A DNA stretch of 64,000 bases from an uncultured Ruminococcus sp. GTDB lineage: Bacteria > Bacillota > Clostridia > Oscillospirales > Acutalibacteraceae. The DNA lies in contig CACWTQ010000022.1 of the NCBI GenBank assembly GCA_902763835.1, positions 10,133 to 74,132 on the forward strand, read 5' to 3'. Made by a program: the position numbers and the translations under genes. Positions 55,994 to 62,533 of the stretch are shown here, piece after piece (position 1 is the first letter of the stretch; each line of letters opens with the position of its first letter). The notes below the pieces were generated by a model. It saw nothing but the letters and a program-made list of their open reading frames with translations. It was not told the DNA's origin and made no database searches.

Positions 55994-56040
55994 TCCCATA
56001 TACTCAGGTTTTAACAATCTGAATATATGGGAATATTTTT
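55994..56040 (+). terminator. intrinsic terminator, bidirectional
   Basis: TCCCATATACTCAG...CTGAATATATGGGA followed by ATATTTTT. Confidence 0.7.
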
Positions 56041-56062
56041 ATGTATTTGTTAAAACAAATTG

Positions 56063-57238
56063 TCAATCTGAATTTTTCAATTCCTTAAGAAATGCTCTAA
56101 TTCTGTCAAGTGCCTCTTTAATATGCTGCACGGAGTAAGAGTAAGAAACTCTCACAAAGCCCTCTCCGCTTTCTCCGAACGCACTGCCCGGAACTACCGC
56201 AACATGCTTCGACATAAGCAGCTTTGAGGCGAACTCCTCCGAACTAAGTCCCGTTGACTTTATGCACGGGAACACGTAAAACGCACCTTTAGGCTCAAAG
56301 CAAGTTAATCCCATTTCGTTGAAAGAGTCCACAATAAGCCGTCTTCTCATATCGTATTGTTCACGCATTTCTTCAATGTCAAAATCGCCGTTTTGGAGTG
56401 CTTCTATAGCCGCATACTGTGCCGTTGTCGGAGCACTCATAATTGCGTATTGGTGCAGCTTTGTCATCTGGGAGATAATCTGCTTGGGACCCAGAGCGTA
56501 ACCCAATCTCCAGCCTGTCATTGCATATGCCTTTGAAAATCCGCTGACAATAACAGTTCTCTCTTTCATACCCTTGACCGATGCAAAAGAGGTAGGCTTC
56601 ATTCCGTAGGAAAGTTCGGCATAAATCTCGTCCGACAATACAATTAAGTTGTGCTTTTCGATTACAGGGGCAATTGCTTCGTAATCCTCTTTACTCATTG
56701 ACGCACCTGTCGGATTGTTCGGGTACGGCAAAATCAGGAGCTTAGTTTTATCGGTAACCTTTTCCTCGATTTCCTCTGGGGTAAGACGGAAATCATTTTC
56801 CGCTTTGGTTTCGATTATTACAGGTGCAGCACCTGCCATAACCGTAAGCGGCTCATAACATACAAAAGACGGCTGAGGTATAAGCACCTCGTCACCCTCT
56901 TCAACAAGACAGCGTAATGCACCGTCAATTGCTTCCGAACCGCCGACTGTAACAAGTGTATCCGTATCGGGGTTATACGTTACACCAAAACGACGTTCAA
57001 AGTAGCTGCAAATCTCAACTCTCAGCTGGGAAAGACCTCTGTTAGGGGTGTACCACGTTTTACCCATTTCAAGCGATTTAATGCCCTGTTCCCTAATGTG
57101 CCAAGGAGTATGGAAATCAGGCTCACCGATACTCAGCGAGATTACGTTATCCATTTCATTTGCAATATCAAAAAACTTTCTTATACCCGAAGGCTTAGTA
57201 TTCTTAATTCTATTATTTAAAAAACAATCATAATCCAT
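56063..57238 (-). CDS. class I/II PLP-dependent aminotransferase (AlaT/AspC-like)
   Basis: ATG at 57238 shares one base with the TAA of the upstream Lrp gene (TAATG). SGIRKFFD and the SGFSKAYAMTGWR lysine motif are present. Confidence 0.85.
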   Translation of the reverse strand: MDYDCFLNNRIKNTKPSGIRKFFDIANEMDNVISLSIGEPDFHTPWHIREQGIKSLEMGKTWYTPNRGLSQLRVEICSYFERRFGVTYNPDTDTLVTVGGSEAIDGALRCLVEEGDEVLIPQPSFVCYEPLTVMAGAAPVIIETKAENDFRLTPEEIEEKVTDKTKLLILPYPNNPTGASMSKEDYEAIAPVIEKHNLIVLSDEIYAELSYGMKPTSFASVKGMKERTVIVSGFSKAYAMTGWRLGYALGPKQIISQMTKLHQYAIMSAPTTAQYAAIEALQNGDFDIEEMREQYDMRRRLIVDSFNEMGLTCFEPKGAFYVFPCIKSTGLSSEEFASKLLMSKHVAVVPGSAFGESGEGFVRVSYSYSVQHIKEALDRIRAFLKELKNSD

Positions 57239-57723
57239 TATAAAATACATTCCCTTTCGTCCTTATCGGAGCTTAAATTCTGCATATCAACCATATTCGA
57301 CTTATACTTTGTGAGAATAAAGTGCGTGCTGGCGGAAAGCACCGAATCAAGCGGCGACAATCTTTTTGCAACAAACATTGCTATCTCCTGAATGGAATGA
57401 CCCTTAACAAAAACTGCAAGGTCGTAATTTCCTGCCATAAGGTAAACACCCTCAACCTCGTCAAAAGCCATAACACGCTCGGCGATATCGTCGAAGCCTT
57501 TGTCACGCTTTGGGGCAACCTTAAGCTCGATAAGGGCACGAACCTCCGAACCGGGAACTTTCTCCCAGTTAATGAGAGCCTTGTAACCGCAGATAACGCC
57601 GGAGTTCTCAAACTCCGTAATCTGCTTTCTTACCTCTTCCGGGGTAATATTGAGCATTGACGCAAGTTCATTATCGGTGAACTTGCAGTTGTCTTGTAAC
57701 AATTCAAGTAAACGGTTTTTCAT
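57238..57723 (-). CDS. Lrp/AsnC-family transcriptional regulator
   Basis: An N-terminal HTH (LELLQDNCKFTDNELASMLNITPEEVRKQI) and a C-terminal RAM domain. Confidence 0.85.
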   Translation of the reverse strand: MKNRLLELLQDNCKFTDNELASMLNITPEEVRKQITEFENSGVICGYKALINWEKVPGSEVRALIELKVAPKRDKGFDDIAERVMAFDEVEGVYLMAGNYDLAVFVKGHSIQEIAMFVAKRLSPLDSVLSASTHFILTKYKSNMVDMQNLSSDKDERECIL

Positions 57724-57756
57724 AATATTCTCTCCTTTTATATTACATATGACTAC

Positions 57757-59229
57757 CTATTTTGCAGATTCTTTCGGATTACTTTTCTTTTTAAACAAAC
57801 TCAGTGATGAAAAAGCATAAAGTTTAAAATTTTCTCCCTCATACCTTTCCATAAAAACTGTTGCGTAACCCAAAATAAGCCAGAAAAAAGTTGTCATAAT
57901 TGTGATATCGTAAATCAAAGTTTTCTCAAAAAAAGCGTACACGCAATAAGCGGCAATAAACGATGCAAGGCACGGGAAAATGTCGCTTCTGATAGTCGGC
58001 TTTACGGTGAAAATGGTTTTTACCATTCTCCAGCCTAGGCATATCGTAAATCCCATAAAGAAGAAGAAACCAATAAAACCGGAACAGACTATAATTGTAA
58101 GATAGCCGTTGTGGAGGTCGCTGTACTTCATCTTATTGTTGTTGTAGCGGTTGCCGTAAATAGTGATGTTTCCCTTGCCCACTCCCAAAATCGGGTGGTT
58201 CTTGATAACGTTCACACCCTGTTTGAACAGCTTTATTCTGCCGCTGTCTATATTTTTATTTTGATGTTCAAACGTAGTAATTTGGTTCAAAGCGTCGTCG
58301 CTGTCTTCAAAGGTATTGGCTGTGTCTTCGGGCGAACTCATTGTATAAGTTGTTCCGGTCTGAGTAACATATCTCAAACTGAAGCTGAGTGCTGTCACTG
58401 CCACAAAAATAAGGATAAGAGCAAGTGCTTTCTTGAACAGCAATTTGAAATTAATCTCCTTACCGCCAAAAAGACGATAACATATATACCCAATTGTATA
58501 ACAGACAATAATAAGAATTGCCGCATTTGAATCCGTAAGGAAAATAACAAACAAATTAACCGCTGCCGAAATCATAATAACTGCACGGCGAGATTTTGTG
58601 AGTGGTTTTCCTGTAACATTTTTGCAAAAGTCGCCCTGCCACAGTATATGACAGCCGAACGCAGAACAGAAAGAGGTAAAAGCCATAAGATTAGGGTTAA
58701 AGTAAACACCTGTAAATCTATTCTCGTATACAACAAGATAACCGAAAATATAAGTAATACTTTTACCTATTGTGTAAAGTGTGATAAGACTTATAATATT
58801 AAGCACAAGTGACAGCCAAAGCAAAATATTACAGAGTATATATATTTCCTTATAGATTTTTTTTCTGCCGTCCTCGGTATGAGCTTCCGTATGAAGACCG
58901 TAGAACATAAAAAATATCAACGGTAAAAATATCACGTAGCCGACACTTTCCCAGATTCCCGAGCTATACCCTCTCACGAAAACAGTGACAATATTTGTTG
59001 CTATAAACAGCAGCAGCCACCCATAGTAATTGACTTTTTTTATATTATTTTTGTATACATATCTTTTAACAAAAAGGGTTAAACCCCAAATAAATATGAA
59101 CACTGCACAGACAATTGCAGGTACACTGATGTAACCGATTTGACACAATATCAAATCAATAACAAACGCAATTCTAAATACCGAAGTATTGTTACGAAGA
59201 GCATCTAACCGTGTGTTATAATGCTCCAC
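57757..59229 (-). CDS. O-antigen ligase/polymerase-like (Wzy_C) polytopic membrane protein
   Basis: 490 aa with about 12 TMs and a large loop carrying HNGYL, typical of the O-antigen ligase family. Confidence 0.6.
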   Translation of the reverse strand: MEHYNTRLDALRNNTSVFRIAFVIDLILCQIGYISVPAIVCAVFIFIWGLTLFVKRYVYKNNIKKVNYYGWLLLFIATNIVTVFVRGYSSGIWESVGYVIFLPLIFFMFYGLHTEAHTEDGRKKIYKEIYILCNILLWLSLVLNIISLITLYTIGKSITYIFGYLVVYENRFTGVYFNPNLMAFTSFCSAFGCHILWQGDFCKNVTGKPLTKSRRAVIMISAAVNLFVIFLTDSNAAILIIVCYTIGYICYRLFGGKEINFKLLFKKALALILIFVAVTALSFSLRYVTQTGTTYTMSSPEDTANTFEDSDDALNQITTFEHQNKNIDSGRIKLFKQGVNVIKNHPILGVGKGNITIYGNRYNNNKMKYSDLHNGYLTIIVCSGFIGFFFFMGFTICLGWRMVKTIFTVKPTIRSDIFPCLASFIAAYCVYAFFEKTLIYDITIMTTFFWLILGYATVFMERYEGENFKLYAFSSLSLFKKKSNPKESAK

Positions 59230-59294
59230 TCTATCACCGCCTTTCGTTCATAATACCGTCAATTTAATGACAATATTATATTCAAAGCATATGG

Positions 59295-59981
59295 TTACGT
59301 GCCGATTTTAATCACCGTTAAAATCATAACGTAAAAATCATAAAAGAAGTTAAACTTTTCTATATAATTAAGATTGAATTTCATTTTTTGCGGAAGGATA
59401 TCTTCGATATACGCCTTTTCCACATCATCGGCTTTTTCGAGAATTTCCTCTTCATTGCGGAACTGTATGCTTGTCATAGATGTTATACCTGCCGGCATAA
59501 GCAAGGTTGCATACATTTCGGTGGTATATTTTTCAACATATCTTTCGACTTCGGGTCGAGTGCCGACGAACGACATATCCCCCGAGAGGACGTTGAAAAG
59601 CTGAGGCATTTCGTCAAGTCTGAACTTGCGAAGAACGTGACCGACCTTAGTAATACGGCTGTCCGTGCCGGCGGTGACCTGAGAATTTTTGCTGTTATCG
59701 TTCACAAACATAGTACGGAACTTAAAAATTTTAAATATCTTGCCTCCCGAAGTAACACGTCTTTGTCTGAAAAAAACAGGACCTTTCGAGTCGGCTTTTA
59801 CCAAAACCGCAACCACCGCCATAGGAATTGCCAGAATGATTAAAAGACTCACGGCGAAAATTATATCAAAAAATCTTTTAAAGAATAAATCAATTTTTTT
59901 CTTGGAAAGGATTTCATAATATTTTTTCACGTCATCATTTTGCATTTCGGGTGGAAGAGATGAAAATTTAGGCAATAGCAT
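59295..59981 (-). CDS. undecaprenyl-phosphate sugar phosphotransferase (bacterial sugar transferase family)
   Basis: ATG at 59981, 12 nt after AAAGG. Motifs: DEMPQLFNVLSGDMSFVGTRP. Confidence 0.85.
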   Translation of the reverse strand: MLLPKFSSLPPEMQNDDVKKYYEILSKKKIDLFFKRFFDIIFAVSLLIILAIPMAVVAVLVKADSKGPVFFRQRRVTSGGKIFKIFKFRTMFVNDNSKNSQVTAGTDSRITKVGHVLRKFRLDEMPQLFNVLSGDMSFVGTRPEVERYVEKYTTEMYATLLMPAGITSMTSIQFRNEEEILEKADDVEKAYIEDILPQKMKFNLNYIEKFNFFYDFYVMILTVIKIGT

Positions 59982-60000
59982 TTTTATCACAAACCTTTTG

Positions 60001-60248
60001 CGGACAACGTCCGTTTTTTTAATACGTGAAGACAGTCCTTTTTTAATACGTGAAGACAGTCCGTTTTTTTAATACGTGAAGACAGTCCGTTTAAAATCTG
60101 GCTTTACGAACCCGACCGATAGTTGATTTTTGGCGAGAGTTTTAGGTTACTCTTTACATAGTTTATTTTTTGGCGAGAGTTTCAGGTTACTCTTTACATA
60201 GTTTATTTTTGGGCGAGAGTTTCAGGTTACTCTTTACATAGTTTATTA
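60001..60248 (+). repeat. mosaic repeat locus: A, B x3 (24-26-bp units), C, D x3 (40-bp units)
   Basis: GCGGACAACGTCCG (60001-14); AATACGTGAAGACAGTCC at 60022, 60046 and 60072; ACCCGACCGA (60111-20); TGGCGAGAGTTT(T/C)AGGTTACTCTTTACATAGTTTATTTTT at 60131, 60171 and 60211. Confidence 0.9.
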
Positions 60249-60330
60249 TACACGTTTTCGGAAATTTTTTCAACTGTTTTTTAATATGCTGAAATATTTT
60301 ATTTATACTTTGTCTTTTATAGGTTTAGGG

Positions 60331-60358
60331 CAAAAAAGAGTGCGGAATATCCGCACTC
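60331..60358 (-). terminator. intrinsic terminator
   Basis: The minus strand reads GAGTGCGG-ATATT-CCGCACTC followed by TTTTTTG. Confidence 0.65.
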
Positions 60359-60439
60359 CCTTTCATATATACTCACGTCTAATAACATTTACCACTGTTC
60401 TCTCTTCTTCTTTAACTCTTCACTCTTCTCTGAAAATAA

Positions 60440-60510
60440 GGAACTGTTGGGAAATAAATTGAACAAATTATCCTGCGTCTAAATTGTTCAATTTATTTCC
60501 CAACAGTTCC
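60440..60510. mobile_element. MITE-like TIR element M9 (71 bp, right-type TIR at both ends)
   Basis: GGAACTGTTGGGAAATAAATTGAACAAATTATCCTGCGTCTAAATTGTTCAATTTATTTCCCAACAGTTCC with TAA/TAA flanks (60437-39, 60511-13). Confidence 0.85.
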
Positions 60511-60663
60511 TAATTTAAATTCAGCTGTAAATTTTATTTTATTGTACCATATATTTTAGAAATTTTCAATACATTTTATGTAAATAAAAAACGCTGCCGA
60601 CCGCATTGGGAAGACAACGTTTTTCTTATACTTTTAATATAGGTTATTATTGTCGAAAATTAA

Positions 60664-61575
60664 TCAAAACATATTCATAAGACCATTAAAGTTAAAGCTG
60701 TCGTAATAATCCTCAAAATCATATCCGTAATTTGAAATGGAAAGTATCTGCCATTTTGAACCGTCCTTGCAGAGGAACAATGTCATATTGCTTTCGTACT
60801 TATCCGAACCGCTCTTGCCGTTTACAGTAATATCCGCAAGCATAAGACCGTTTACTTTTAATTTCTGTCCGCTTAATCTCGAAATAATTTCGTTAAACTT
60901 TTTTAGCTCGTCCTTATCGGCTTTTTCCTCGGCTGTAATCTCATATTCGACATTATATTTCGAGCCTAGTTCATACTCGAAATTTTCAAAGAATTTTTTT
61001 GATTCATTTTCAAATGATTCCTCAAGAATCTGCTCGGTAAACTCATTGAAATCTCCGCCTACCTGCTTCTTAAGTTCACCGTCCTTTGCAATATTGGCTG
61101 TTTCAAAGAAATAAACTACCGCATTCTTCAAGCTCTTGGAAACCTCGGCAGACATAGCCTCGCCGTCACAGTCGATGAATGCTGTCATATATCTGTCGAT
61201 TGTATTGTCGGGGTTTGAGCCAATAACCGAAACAACACCGATAATGATTGCAGCTACCAAAATCAAAGCAACCACGGGAATTGCAATCACAATAATATTG
61301 TTTTTATTTTGCAGCAAGCCTTTCAGACCGCCGACGTTCGGAGCGGCAGACGTACCGCCGGGAGGATTAAATCCGCCGTTGGTGGGAGTGGGGTTCGGAT
61401 TAAAAACCGGAGTAACAGGCTGAAAGCCGCTGTTGCCGACAGGGGGAGCGGGATTCGGTATATTTTCGCCAAAACCGGCAGGCTGCTGAGGCTGTGGCTG
61501 ATTCTGAGCTGCTCCGCAGTTTCCGCAAAATATGGAATTATCTGAAAGTTGTGCACCGCAATTTTTACAAATCAT
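60664..61575 (-). CDS. zinc-ribbon / P-rich / single-TM protein with C-terminal ectodomain
   Basis: ATG at 61575 with AGGAGG upstream. MICKNCGAQLSDNSIFCGNCGA, then a TM. It is a paralog of the next gene (shared FETAN and KW.I.S motifs). Confidence 0.65.
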   Translation of the reverse strand: MICKNCGAQLSDNSIFCGNCGAAQNQPQPQQPAGFGENIPNPAPPVGNSGFQPVTPVFNPNPTPTNGGFNPPGGTSAAPNVGGLKGLLQNKNNIIVIAIPVVALILVAAIIIGVVSVIGSNPDNTIDRYMTAFIDCDGEAMSAEVSKSLKNAVVYFFETANIAKDGELKKQVGGDFNEFTEQILEESFENESKKFFENFEYELGSKYNVEYEITAEEKADKDELKKFNEIISRLSGQKLKVNGLMLADITVNGKSGSDKYESNMTLFLCKDGSKWQILSISNYGYDFEDYYDSFNFNGLMNMF

Positions 61576-61600
61576 ATTAATACCTCCTGAGTTACTTTCA

Positions 61601-62365
61601 TTATTTTTCATCAAAGCTGTAGATTTTCCACTTATTCTCATCTTCGAGAGTAAGTATCAATTCAATATTTGCTGATGATTTTTTACCGTCAAGGGAAGCT
61701 GTAATTTTATAATCTACAATTCTAGCATCTTTGATTATTTCGCTTTTTCTGTCGTAGTCCAAATCGTTCATAAAATCATTATATTCGTCATCAGACATTA
61801 TATGATTGTCAACGATTTTAAATTTCATATCGTAATTAGTGCCGCCGAGCTCTTCATCAAAATAGCTGAAAACTCCCTCAAGCTTATCTTTTGCTTCTTT
61901 ATCCAACTCTGCATAATTATTATCGGGGTTCGCCGTTTCAAAAACAACCATACTATAGTTATTTACTATTTTCGCATAATCATAATCGTCAAAATGACGT
62001 TTGAAATAATTCAAAACAGCACGATATCCCGTATACTCATAAATCACCGTACAGCCAAGAAAAAGAACCGCTGCAAGCAACAGAGATATCACTATTTTCA
62101 CAATTTTTCCCACTGAGTTGTTATTCTTATCCGCACCCTGAATATACTGATAATTCACCTGCGGATTGGCAGCGGCATTATTATAGCCGTAACCTTTATC
62201 GTCTGTGTTGCCGCTGTAATCGTTGAAAAAATTAATTTCCTCGTAATTACCGCTGCCGTTATTCGGTGAATTAGTTGCAGTTGTAAAAAATGCACCGCAG
62301 TTACTGCATCTGACTGCGTTATCATCATCATTGCGTGTTCCGCACGCACCACAAAACTTAGCCAT
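61601..62365 (-). CDS. zinc-ribbon / single-TM protein with C-terminal ectodomain (paralog)
   Basis: MAKFCGACGTRNDDDNAVRCSNCGA, then a TM and an ectodomain. Confidence 0.65.
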   Translation of the reverse strand: MAKFCGACGTRNDDDNAVRCSNCGAFFTTATNSPNNGSGNYEEINFFNDYSGNTDDKGYGYNNAAANPQVNYQYIQGADKNNNSVGKIVKIVISLLLAAVLFLGCTVIYEYTGYRAVLNYFKRHFDDYDYAKIVNNYSMVVFETANPDNNYAELDKEAKDKLEGVFSYFDEELGGTNYDMKFKIVDNHIMSDDEYNDFMNDLDYDRKSEIIKDARIVDYKITASLDGKKSSANIELILTLEDENKWKIYSFDEK

Positions 62366-62464
62366 AATTTTAACTTCTAATCCTATTTTCTTTGATATGA
62401 ATTTCGGGAGTACTCCCTGCCAAAGCTTTGGCAGGGAATTTTAACCCCGATTTCTTTCGGGTAA

Positions 62465-62533
62465 GGAACTGTTGGGAAATAAGTTGAACAATTTAGACAA
62501 GTATAAATGTTCAAGTTATTTTATGACAGTTCC
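62465..62533 (-). mobile_element. MITE-like TIR element M10 (69 bp, same deletion derivative as M7)
   Basis: It has the same breakpoint as M7 (..AATTTAGACAAGTATAAATG..) and TAA/TAA flanks (62462-64, 62534-36). Its last base completes the TAG stop of the protease gene. Confidence 0.88.
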
